Shown piece after piece: positions 1 to 8,400 of a stretch of 32,000 nt of DNA. The position numbers were made by a program, and so were the translations under genes. Under the pieces are notes generated by a model. That model saw nothing but the letters and a program-made list of their open reading frames with translations. It searched no databases and was not told the DNA's origin. The DNA comes from Nitrososphaera viennensis EN76 (GTDB lineage Archaea; Thermoproteota; Nitrososphaeria; Nitrososphaerales; Nitrososphaeraceae). The first letter of the stretch is position 1. Every line of letters begins with the position of its first letter. Location: the NCBI RefSeq assembly GCF_000698785.1, contig NZ_CP007536.1:1470001-1502000 (forward strand), read 5' to 3'.

Positions 1-56
1 CCGACAGGCTGCGCCAGATGGGCTACAGGGTAGAGTCTCTGGTGGTGTACGACTAG
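1..56 (+). CDS. 3' end of an unidentified upstream CDS (partial, enters from the left edge)
   Basis: The frame starting at nt 3 is open up to TAG at 54-56 (...DRLRQMGYRVESLVVYD*). The stop abuts the next ATG (TAGATG). The fragment is too short to assign a family. Confidence 0.3.
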   Translation, partial: DRLRQMGYRVESLVVYD

Positions 57-851
57 ATGGAAAAGGCAGACATTGGCATCATCGGGGGCACGGGCGTCTA
101 TGATTCAGGACTTTTCAGCGACAAAAAAGAGGTCAAGGTGCACACGCCGTACGGCGAGCCCTCCGACCTCATCACGATAGGCGAGTACGCGGGCAGGAAG
201 GTTGCGTTCCTGCCAAGGCACGGCAGGGGCCACAGGATACCTCCCCACAGGATCAATTTCCGGGCCAACATCTGGGCGCTAAAGCAACTTGGCGTCAAGC
301 GCATAATCGCGCCTTCGGCGGTCGGGAGCCTCGGCTTTGACTACAAGCCCGGCCACGTCGCGCTTCCCGACCAGTTCATCGACTTTACCAAGAAAAGAGA
401 ATACACGTTTTACGACGGCGGGCAGGTGGCGCATGTCTCGATGGCAGACCCGTTCTGCCCCGAGATCCGCGACGTCGCGGCAAAAGTAATCGAGAAACTG
501 AAATTCCCGTTCCAGCCAAGGGCGACGTACGTCTGCATCGAAGGCCCGCGCTTTTCAACCCGGGCAGAATCAAAATTTTTCCGCGACGTCATGAAGGCCG
601 ACATCATCGGCATGACGCTCGTGCCAGAAGTCACACTTGCGCGCGAGGCCGAAATTTGCTATCTCTCGGTGGCGACCGTCACCGACTATGACGTCTGGGC
701 AGAGATACCTGTTACATCAAAAGAGATCATCGAGACGCTCCACAAGAACGTGGAAAAGACGAAAAAGCTCGTTGCAGAGCTGATACCGGCCGTGCCGATG
801 GAACGCGCGAAATGCGCCTGCGGAAACGCGCTCGAAGGCTCGCTACTCTGA
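57..851 (+). CDS. mtnP: S-methyl-5'-thioadenosine phosphorylase (MTAP / PNP family)
   Basis: 264-aa ORF with ATG at 57. It has the N-terminal [10 protein letters not shown] motif, then [30 protein letters not shown] and [15 protein letters not shown], all typical of MTAP-type nucleoside phosphorylases. Confidence 0.9.
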   Translation: MEKADIGIIGGTGVYDSGLFSDKKEVKVHTPYGEPSDLITIGEYAGRKVAFLPRHGRGHRIPPHRINFRANIWALKQLGVKRIIAPSAVGSLGFDYKPGHVALPDQFIDFTKKREYTFYDGGQVAHVSMADPFCPEIRDVAAKVIEKLKFPFQPRATYVCIEGPRFSTRAESKFFRDVMKADIIGMTLVPEVTLAREAEICYLSVATVTDYDVWAEIPVTSKEIIETLHKNVEKTKKLVAELIPAVPMERAKCACGNALEGSLL

Positions 852-1154
852 TGATGACGGCGGCTTGATCCCTTCCGGGAGGACGACGTCGCCTTCCACT
901 ATCTTGCGCTGGATGGTGTCCACCAGCGCGTCCGGGTCGATGCCCATCTTGGCCACCTTGTCAAGCGTCGTCTTTGCTATCTTGACGCTTGCGTTGTGGC
1001 CGCCTATCCTTCCAAAGGCGATGGCGGTGAACCGGAACTCTTTTCCCTTTACTACAAAATAGCCTGACAGTTTTGCGGCAATTTCGCTCCCGTCAGCGTT
1101 CTTGACAAACACGGTCACTGGAGGAACATCATTATCGCCGCTGGCGCGCTCCAT
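843..1154 (-). CDS. hypothetical protein (103 aa), last gene of a four-gene minus-strand operon
   Basis: The track ORF 843-1367 has an N-terminal extension that runs through the upstream gene. The internal ATG at 1154 (MERASGDND...) lies 5 nt after the upstream stop. I recognise no family. The 3' end overlaps the MTAP 3' end by 9 nt. Confidence 0.55.
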   Translation of the reverse strand: MERASGDNDVPPVTVFVKNADGSEIAAKLSGYFVVKGKEFRFTAIAFGRIGGHNASVKIAKTTLDKVAKMGIDPDALVDTIQRKIVEGDVVLPEGIKPPSSSE

Positions 1155-1159
1155 TTTAC

Positions 1160-1582
1160 TTACTTGCCCTCTACTTCCACATTGCGGTTTACGTTGTTCT
1201 TGACCAGAAAGCTCCACCAGTCGGGGTCGGCTATGGCATAGTCCTTGACGTCGATTTCTACCGGCTTGTCGTCGGCGTCCTCGAACCTGAACCGGCCCTC
1301 TTTTACCAGCTTGACAAGGCGCCAGCGCAGGTGCCCCTTCCGCTTCCTGCTCACAGCGACTGCCCACTCTTCTTCCTGCTTTTTCTTGGGCATGCCAATG
1401 TAGTCGACGATTTCAAGGATGCCGAGGCGCTTTTCCTCGCAGAACATCTCCTTTGTCAAGAGGCTGCGCCAGATGTCCACCGATCCGAGCGTCCTCCCGT
1501 TCTCATTGATGTTTATCACTCCAAAGTAGACTACCTTGTCGCCTCCCGTCGGATCCGAAGTCGCCATATCTTCTTTTGCCAT
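1160..1582 (-). CDS. hypothetical protein (140 aa) with a basic central stretch (SRKRKGHLRWRLVKLVKEGR)
   Basis: The track ORF 1160-1747 overlaps the upstream regulator gene. ATG at 1582 (MAKEDMATSD...) lies 19 nt after that gene's stop. I recognise no family. Confidence 0.55.
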   Translation of the reverse strand: MAKEDMATSDPTGGDKVVYFGVININENGRTLGSVDIWRSLLTKEMFCEEKRLGILEIVDYIGMPKKKQEEEWAVAVSRKRKGHLRWRLVKLVKEGRFRFEDADDKPVEIDVKDYAIADPDWWSFLVKNNVNRNVEVEGK

Positions 1583-1601
1583 ACAGAGAGCCGGCTGACG
1601 C

Positions 1602-1961
1602 CTATTTAGTCCTTGCATCCTCAAACGGCTTTTCAAGCACGATCCCGATGTTGTCAACCCGCAGGTTCTTCTTGAACGGGATGCTGTCCTCGGCGCAGCG
1701 GCGCCTGTAGCGGTTGGTGACTGCAAAGCGGGGGTGCAGCGACTCAAATTCTGTGGCAGTTATCTCGATCACCATCCCGCGGCCGACGAGGGATTTTGCA
1801 ACCTCCAGCGCCTGCTTCTCGCTAATGCCCACTGCCTTTGATATCCGGGCAGCATCCATCTTGCCAGTCTTTACGATGGCGACGTACGCTCTAGCTTCTT
1901 CCGGGCTTATCTTTAGCTCCTCTATTATGGCCTGCTCGACGTTAGAGAGGTTGACTGCCAT
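1602..1961 (-). CDS. TrmB-like winged-helix transcriptional regulator (small, 119 aa)
   Basis: The N-terminal part (LKISPEEARAYVAIVKTGKMDAARISKAVGISEKQALEVAKSLVGRGMVIE) matches the TrmB-type HTH pattern by eye. The start lies 5 nt after the ferritin-like gene stop. Confidence 0.65.
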   Translation of the reverse strand: MAVNLSNVEQAIIEELKISPEEARAYVAIVKTGKMDAARISKAVGISEKQALEVAKSLVGRGMVIEITATEFESLHPRFAVTNRYRRRCAEDSIPFKKNLRVDNIGIVLEKPFEDARTK

Positions 1962-1966
1962 TTCGC

Positions 1967-2467
1967 TTACTTTACTTCAAGCGAGTTGAGGACGTCCTCG
2001 GTGTGCTGCTCGTCCTTGACCTCGTCGGCAAGGACGGTAGTGGCCAGGTTGTACGTCACGAAATCGCCCAGCTCAAGCGCCTTTTTGGCAAGCGCGTTAT
2101 AGTTTTCAACCGCCTTGCCCTCGAATTTCACGGCGCGCTCTAGCGCGGATCTTAGTGTCAGGTGCTTTGCCGGATCGAGCGTGCCAATCGTGCTCAATTT
2201 CTCCCACTCGGTCGGGTTGCTTGGCGCCCTGCCCCCAAGCTCGGAGATCCTGTTTGCCAGGAGCTCTGCATGCATCAGCTCGCCCGTTGCCTGCGTCTTT
2301 AGCGCCTGCGCGTAGGTGACAAGCCCTATCCCTTCCATGTTGATGCCCACGTACCAAAAGTAGTGGAAGATGCGCATCTCGTCCGAGTACGCCCTCTTCA
2401 GGGTGTCGATTATTACCTGCGCGTTCTTGCCGAGGATCTTTTTCTCTGTGCGTCCCATATATGTCAC
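1967..2467 (-). CDS. ferritin-like / Dps-like (DpsL, bacterioferritin-type) four-helix-bundle protein
   Basis: 166 aa. The spacing of the E/H ligands (MEGIGL..., ELMHAELLANRISELGG, FEGKAVENY, LADEVKDEQH) resembles archaeal Dps-like proteins. On the minus strand an AAAAATAAATA element lies about 20-27 nt upstream of ATG 2467. Confidence 0.75.
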   Translation of the reverse strand: MTYMGRTEKKILGKNAQVIIDTLKRAYSDEMRIFHYFWYVGINMEGIGLVTYAQALKTQATGELMHAELLANRISELGGRAPSNPTEWEKLSTIGTLDPAKHLTLRSALERAVKFEGKAVENYNALAKKALELGDFVTYNLATTVLADEVKDEQHTEDVLNSLEVK

Positions 2468-2906
2468 GGCATGTGTGTCGGGGTATTTATTTTTGCTAGG
2501 ATTCTTCTATATTCAACTTGCACCTGTGTTGTTAATAGATGCCAAGAACCATAACTTTGCGGCACGATAGTCGAATACATATGCTACAGGATTCCAGATG
2601 AAAGGCAGCAGCAACAGTTTGAGGCTGCATTCAAGGCCGCGCCCGAGCCGCTAATGTCATCGGCCCATTGCAGGAAATACGAATTGTCGCACTGCGTTGA
2701 AAACTCCGACCCGTCTATACTCAGGATCCCTTACTGTTGTCAGTGAATTGCATTCTTCACATACATTAGATTATGACCTTAGGCTTATATAGTATAGTAT
2801 TCTATTATCCGGTGATTTTGGTTATTAAATTTACATTATTAAATTAACTACGATTGAATTATCATCATCAATGACCGAATACTTATAATCATTCATCTCG
2901 AGATCA

Positions 2907-3203
2907 GTGTCTGCAATGAATTTTGCACATGAAAGAAAAGAGGCAACAAAGATACGGACAAAAACAAGCGAGAAGAAAAAGTGGGGCGCCATCGTAGCCG
3001 GGACAGCAATCATGGCCGCACTGGCGCTTGCAGCAGCACAGACATTACTTCAAAGTGCATCTGCGGCGATAACTTCCCACTGCGAGAACAGGGGAGGACA
3101 TGAGGCGCCCGGTCAGCAGGAGAATTGCCAAGGCGAGGGTCAGGAGCAGAGCAACCAAAATCCTGCAGGAAAGGAGCCGCCGGGACAAAACAAAGATGAC
3201 TAA
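2907..3203 (+). CDS. hypothetical small membrane-anchored protein with a Q/E/G/N-rich tail
   Basis: 98-aa ORF. It has a basic N-terminus, one hydrophobic helix (WGAIVAGTAIMAALALAAAQTLL) and a low-complexity tail containing two Cys. I recognise no family. Confidence 0.4.
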   Translation: MSAMNFAHERKEATKIRTKTSEKKKWGAIVAGTAIMAALALAAAQTLLQSASAAITSHCENRGGHEAPGQQENCQGEGQEQSNQNPAGKEPPGQNKDD

Positions 3204-3250
3204 AGTATTGTCATAGCAACACAATAACCATGCATGCAAGCAAAAAAAGA

Positions 3251-3288
3251 GATGAGGGCGTCACAGATGTTTGTTCACCCCCCTCATC
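3251..3288. terminator. candidate bidirectional terminator hairpin between convergent genes
   Basis: GATGAGGG (3251-3258) pairs perfectly with CCCTCATC (3281-3288). An A-run lies upstream (3242-3248) and a T-run downstream (3296-3300). It sits between the 2907-3203 (+) and 3367-4269 (-) genes. Confidence 0.4.
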
Positions 3289-3366
3289 CTACACCTTTTT
3301 GTTAATGATTATCGCATATGCCTTCAGGAGAGCCAACCAAGATCAAGGGCGAAAAGTAAGGATCTG

Positions 3367-4269
3367 TCAGAATTGCACCAAGTTGCGGTACTTTTCGTAC
3401 CGTTCCTCGACGTCGTCTTTCGTTATGGCAAGAAGCCTCCTGACTCCAAAGTCCTCCACCGCAAAAGAGCCCATGACGTTGCCGTATATCACCGCCTCCT
3501 TCATCGTGCGGAAATCAATCTTGTCCTTGCGGGCAATGTGGCCCAGAAAACCGCCGGCAAAAGAGTCGCCGGCGCCAGTCGGGTCGGAGATTTCGTCGAG
3601 GAAAAATGCAGCCGCAGGGAACACTTCGCCTTCTCTGGTAAAGAGCACGGCGCCGTGCTCGCCCTTTTTTATTATCGCAAACCTCGGCCCGAATGACATT
3701 ATCTGCCTTGCGCATTTTGCGATGTTGACCTCGTTGCAGAGGAGGCGCGCCTCGCTGTCGTTTATCACGACGCCGTCTGTTTTTCCGATCATCTTGACGA
3801 CGTCGTCCCTTGCCGTCTGGATCCAGTACTCTATCGTGTCGCAGACCACCAGCTTGGGCTTTTCAAAATGGCGAAGTATCTTCATGTTCTGCCGCGGGTC
3901 ATTGTTTGCAAGGTAGACGTACTCTGATTTTACGTATTCCTCCGGGATGACGGGGTCGAAATCGGCAATGACGTTCAGCTCTGTCTTTAGAGTCGTCCTG
4001 CTCGATAAATTATAGTCAAACTCTGAATCATAGTGGAAGCACTTGCCGCCCCTGACTGTCACGATGCCTTTTGTGTCGACACCCTTTGACCTGACCGCCT
4101 CGATGTTGGCAAGGGGCATGTCCTCCCCGATGGCGGCGACCATCCCGGTCCGGGCAAACATGCCTGCCGACAGCGAGGCAAAAGTCGCGGCTCCGCCAAG
4201 TATCCTTTCTTCCACCCGGAATGGCGTGCGCGTGGTGTCAAGGGCCATCGTGCCAAAGACGGTCAGCAC
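3367..4269 (-). CDS. PfkB-family carbohydrate/nucleoside kinase (ribokinase-like)
   Basis: 300 aa with a GTG start at 4269. The C-terminal DPTGAGDSFAGGFLGH matches the PfkB signature-2 / anion-hole motif, and the N-terminal beta strand LTVFGTMALDTT fits the fold. Confidence 0.85.
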   Translation of the reverse strand: MLTVFGTMALDTTRTPFRVEERILGGAATFASLSAGMFARTGMVAAIGEDMPLANIEAVRSKGVDTKGIVTVRGGKCFHYDSEFDYNLSSRTTLKTELNVIADFDPVIPEEYVKSEYVYLANNDPRQNMKILRHFEKPKLVVCDTIEYWIQTARDDVVKMIGKTDGVVINDSEARLLCNEVNIAKCARQIMSFGPRFAIIKKGEHGAVLFTREGEVFPAAAFFLDEISDPTGAGDSFAGGFLGHIARKDKIDFRTMKEAVIYGNVMGSFAVEDFGVRRLLAITKDDVEERYEKYRNLVQF

Positions 4270-4304
4270 GGCAGAAATGCGCGACTGTCAGTAAATAAAC
4301 CCTT

Positions 4305-4940
4305 TTGCGCTGCCGCCGGCAGCATCGTTATATAACAACACAAGCGTACAAGCTTGCAACTGTGCGACTGGTAATAGCCGTAACGGGCGCCTCCGGAGTG
4401 ATATACGGGATACGCGCCCTTGAGGCGCTCAAAAAGCTAAGGGTGGAGACGCACCTCATCCTCAGCGAGTGGGGCGAAAAGACCATCAAGATAGAGACCG
4501 ACAAGACGGGCGACTACGTCCGCTCGCTTGCAACCAAGGTGTACGAGGACAACAACATGGCCGCGCCTGTTTCTTCCGGCTCGTTCAAGACAGACGGCAT
4601 GGCAGTCATCCCGTGCAGCATGCGCACTCTTGCAAGCATTGCAAACGGGCTTGACGACACGCTGGTGTCAAGGGCCGCCAGCGTCTGCATCAAGGAGGGC
4701 AGAAAGGTGGTCATAGTGCCAAGGGAGGCGCCGCTGTCAAAAATCCACCTTGAAAACATGAGCAAGCTTGCCGGCATACACAATATCGTAATCATGCCGG
4801 CGATGCCCGGCTTTTACCACAGGCCGCAGACCATGGACGACCTGATAGACCATGTTGTGGGCAAGGCGCTTGACCAGTTTGGAATCGACCACGGGCTTTT
4901 CAGGCGCTGGGGCGAGCGTGCCGGCGGCAAGATGGCATAA
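4305..4940 (+). CDS. ubiX: flavin prenyltransferase UbiX
   Basis: RLVIAVTGASGVIYG, IPCSMRTLASIANG and PAMPGFYHRPQTMDDLIDHVVGK are typical of the UbiX/Pad1 family. The track start is TTG 4305. The real start is more likely GTG 4362 (VRLVIAVTG...). Confidence 0.9.
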   Translation: MRCRRQHRYITTQAYKLATVRLVIAVTGASGVIYGIRALEALKKLRVETHLILSEWGEKTIKIETDKTGDYVRSLATKVYEDNNMAAPVSSGSFKTDGMAVIPCSMRTLASIANGLDDTLVSRAASVCIKEGRKVVIVPREAPLSKIHLENMSKLAGIHNIVIMPAMPGFYHRPQTMDDLIDHVVGKALDQFGIDHGLFRRWGERAGGKMA

Positions 4941-5082
4941 CAAGAAAATCTATAAGTTTTATAATCTCGGCATGGTACTATTTTTTTGTGGAATGCCGGG
5001 AGAGGGGTGAGCTGGATTAGCTAAATACACAAAGAAATATTCCACCGGGCGCTCGGTCGGCTTTATAGTCCCACTTCTGGCC

Positions 5083-5493
5083 TTGATGTTTGTCGGCGCC
5101 ATGTACGTCATGACGGCAAGAGGCGGCCAGAACGGCGCCAGCTTTATCCTCATCACAATCGCGGCGGGGTTCGTCATCTACTGGGTGCGCGAGATCCGCA
5201 AGATGTCTAGCCCGGCCGAACAAAAGGTCGCAATGCCCCGCAACGTGGAACAGAAGGACTGGGTCTATGACCTCATAAAGAACAACGACGGGGCGATGGT
5301 GTTCGTGGCAGAGGTGCCCGGCCCGGAGGACCAGATAGATGTCCGGCTGTCGGCAGGCATGCTAAAGATAAAGGGCGGCCAGAACTTTGCAAGGGACGTG
5401 CAGCTTGACATGTCGACGGCTGCTGAAATGGGCATATCCGACTACAAGTACAGAAACGGCGTGCTCACGATAAGGATGCAAAAAAAGGTCTAG
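5083..5493 (+). CDS. Hsp20/alpha-crystallin-domain protein with an N-terminal transmembrane segment
   Basis: Residues about 60-136 (DWVYDLIKNNDGAMVFVAEVPGPEDQIDVRL...YRNGVLTIRMQKKV) follow the ACD pattern. The N-terminus is hydrophobic (FILITIAAGFVIYWV). Start is TTG 5083 or ATG 5086. The TAG stop at 5491-5493 directly abuts the first CRISPR repeat. Confidence 0.7.
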   Translation: MMFVGAMYVMTARGGQNGASFILITIAAGFVIYWVREIRKMSSPAEQKVAMPRNVEQKDWVYDLIKNNDGAMVFVAEVPGPEDQIDVRLSAGMLKIKGGQNFARDVQLDMSTAAEMGISDYKYRNGVLTIRMQKKV

Positions 5494-5498
5494 GTTTC
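5490..5498. repeat. left copy of the 9-nt direct repeat CTAGGTTTC flanking the CRISPR-Cas module
   Basis: Read directly: c5490 tag ggtttc 5498. It comprises the hsp20-like stop codon plus the first 5 nt of the outermost CRISPR repeat. It is identical to 17135-17143. Confidence 0.6.
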
Positions 5499-8400
5499 AA
5501 TCCTTGTTTTAATGGATTTGTCTTTCAGACTTAAGGAGAAAGAAAGAACTATTCGTTTGTTTGGTGGTTTCAATCCTTGTTTTAATGGATTTGTCTTTCA
5601 GACAACAACTGGAAATAGGTGAGCTGTACTCTTTTGAAAGTTTCAATCCTTGTTTTAATGGATTTGTCTTTCAGACCAATACTCGAGGTATTAGGCTTTG
5701 AAAATAGAAAGTTTCAATCCTTGTTTTAATGGATTTGTCTTTCAGACAGACTGGTTCAGGGCTATCTGCCGCAAGTATGGGTAGTTTCAATCCTTGTTTT
5801 AATGGATTTGTCTTTCAGACTCAACATTTCTATGGGAAGAGGGATAAGAATGACGTTTCAATCCTTGTTTTAATGGATTTGTCTTTCAGACCCTGTTCAA
5901 AAGCACCCTTCAGAGCTGTAAGTTCAGGTTTCAATCCTTGTTTTAATGGATTTGTCTTTCAGACAAGATGACACTCGACGGTACCAACTATTATGCAAGT
6001 TTCAATCCTTGTTTTAATGGATTTGTCTTTCAGACATGCCAATTTCCAGCTTAATGAGTACGGCGTGAAATTGTTTCAATCCTTGTTTTAATGGATTTGT
6101 CTTTCAGACTTCGATATTTGGAAACATAACAGAAAGTGATTCTAGTTTCAATCCTTGTTTTAATGGATTTGTCTTTCAGACTCCATACCACAGAATCCAA
6201 CGAAATCTCAATGACAGTTTCAATCCTTGTTTTAATGGATTTGTCTTTCAGACGCTTGGTTATGAACGACTATGCCGACCTTGGCTTCATGTTTCAATCC
6301 TTGTTTTAATGGATTTGTCTTTCAGACTGCTACGGACCCGGCAGCTACATACTGATCAAGGCGTTTCAATCCTTGTTTTAATGGATTTGTCTTTCAGACA
6401 CAACGACGACGATGAGGAGGCCGACGACAACAAAAAGTTTCAATCCTTGTTTTAATGGATTTGTCTTTCAGACTCCCAGAGTGTGCCTATTACATAATCG
6501 TATTCCTTAGGTTTCAATCCTTGTTTTAATGGATTTGTCTTTCAGACGACGGAGGCTATCTTTTCCTGGAAGGAAGTATCAAGTTTCAATCCTTGTTTTA
6601 ATGGATTTGTCTTTCAGACCCCAAGTAGAAGCCACCGAGTCAGTGGTGGTATCTACGTTTCAATCCTTGTTTTAATGGATTTGTCTTTCAGACGATAGGC
6701 AAGGACCTGTGCGACCAGCAGCTTTCGAGTTTCAATCCTTGTTTTAATGGATTTGTCTTTCAGACGTCATCTGTCAGGTGGAACAGGCCCGCTAGTCTAG
6801 TTTCAATCCTTGTTTTAATGGATTTGTCTTTCAGACGTACGTGAAATTGTTTGCCCTGCAACCAGCCGCAGTTTCAATCCTTGTTTTAATGGATTTGTCT
6901 TTCAGACCTCTATGGTCATCCAGCATTCGACTACGGACTAGAGTTTCAATCCTTGTTTTAATGGATTTGTCTTTCAGACGCATGCAAACGTCGTGTTGAC
7001 TGGAAGAATGACGTCAGTTTCAATCCTTGTTTTAATGGATTTGTCTTTCAGACCGGGATATCGAGCCTAACCTAGTGACTGCAATAGAGTTTCAATCCTT
7101 GTTTTAATGGATTTGTCTTTCAGACGTATATCTCTCAGTCACTTCGGATAGCGACAGAGGTTTCAATCCTTGTTTTAATGGATTTGTCTTTCAGACCATT
7201 TGACCAGTCACGCGCATACTCAAATGAGAGGATGTTTCAATCCTTGTTTTAATGGATTTGTCTTTCAGACTCTATCACGTATGATGCCCACCCTCTCACT
7301 GGTAGAGTTTCAATCCTTGTTTTAATGGATTTGTCTTTCAGACGATCGTTATAGCGCCGTCGCCTACTGCATTAAAGGTTTCAATCCTTGTTTTAATGGA
7401 TTTGTCTTTCAGACATCTTGACCTTAGGCATAAACACGCCTGCAAGCGGTTTCAATCCTTGTTTTAATGGATTTGTCTTTCAGACTAAAGGGCCAAAAAC
7501 CGGGAGAGAGGTGGTTAACGAGTTTCAATCCTTGTTTTAATGGATTTGTCTTTCAGACAAGAAAGTCCTTGACGGCTATGGTAGTATCCTTTGGTTTCAA
7601 TCCTTGTTTTAATGGATTTGTCTTTCAGACGAATCAAAATTAAGACACGCTTGGCACGTTGGCGGTTTCAATCCTTGTTTTAATGGATTTGTCTTTCAGA
7701 CCTCCTCCAGAGCCTACTCCTGCAGGACTTAGCTCTAGTTTCAATCCTTGTTTTAATGGATTTGTCTTTCAGACTCCCTTACCATATACTCGATTATTGC
7801 CTTTAGGTTGGTTTCAATCCTTGTTTTAATGGATTTGTCTTTCAGACATGCTAGAGCGGGTAATCATACATGCCAAGAGTTTCAAGTTTCAATCCTTGTT
7901 TTAATGGATTTGTCTTTCAGACACATCTTCGACTACCACGGCGTGGTGCCGACAAGGAGTTTCAATCCTTGTTTTAATGGATTTGTCTTTCAGACAATCT
8001 TTTTTCCCTCTCCTTTTATTTTGTAATATGAGTTTCAATCCTTGTTTTAATGGATTTGTCTTTCAGACACCCGTTTTTTCGTCCTTTATCCCTACGTCGG
8101 CATGGTTTCAATCCTTGTTTTAATGGATTTGTCTTTCAGACCTCTCTGGATTCTCACCTTGTACATACAGTTAGGAGTTTCAATCCTTGTTTTAATGGAT
8201 TTGTCTTTCAGACATCTCAAAACACTTGCCAACCAGTAAGAGTAGCACGTTTCAATCCTTGTTTTAATGGATTTGTCTTTCAGACACTAGTAGGTGAAGA
8301 TCACCTAATTTATTCTATAAAGTTTCAATCCTTGTTTTAATGGATTTGTCTTTCAGACCTTCTGTATATTTTCCACCCTTACAACATAGTAAGCCGTTTC

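Noticed and set aside
2740-2868. A C/D-box sRNA candidate. ATGATGA (C-box-like) lies on the minus strand at 2868-2862, with CTGA (D-box-like, + strand TCAG) at 2740-2743 and 2721-2724. I also scanned the other intergenic gaps by eye: 18926-18976, 23346-23479, 26105-26262 and 27597-27681.
   Set aside because: The C-to-D distance (about 120 nt or more) is far beyond typical archaeal C/D sRNAs. No C'/D' boxes or terminal stem were seen. The other gaps lack a proper RUGAUGA/CUGA pair.
3230-3916. A 228-aa + strand ORF (and 3271-3696) lies opposite the PfkB kinase gene. Similar shadow ORFs lie opposite nop5/fibrillarin (24556-25598), trm1 (21073-21609), rio1 (18088-18934) and the PLP-enzyme gene (21836-23440).
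   Set aside because: These are shadow ORFs in GC-rich coding DNA. In each case the opposite strand encodes a protein with clear family motifs.
4960-4995. A hairpin-like CGGCAT...ATGCCG with an internal T7 run lies after ubiX and could be a terminator.
   Set aside because: The stem is only 6 bp with a 19-nt loop. The T-run alone may act as an archaeal termination signal, but the evidence is too weak to annotate it as a structured element.
6036-6870. Two spacers, 6036-6072 and 6837-6870, share CGTGAAATT and a nearby GTAC. This hinted at overlapping protospacers from one target.
   Set aside because: The shared segment is only 9 nt and the flanks differ (GTACGGCGTGAAATT versus GTACGTGAAATTG). 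Among 47 spacers on both strands, a few shared 9-mers are expected by chance.
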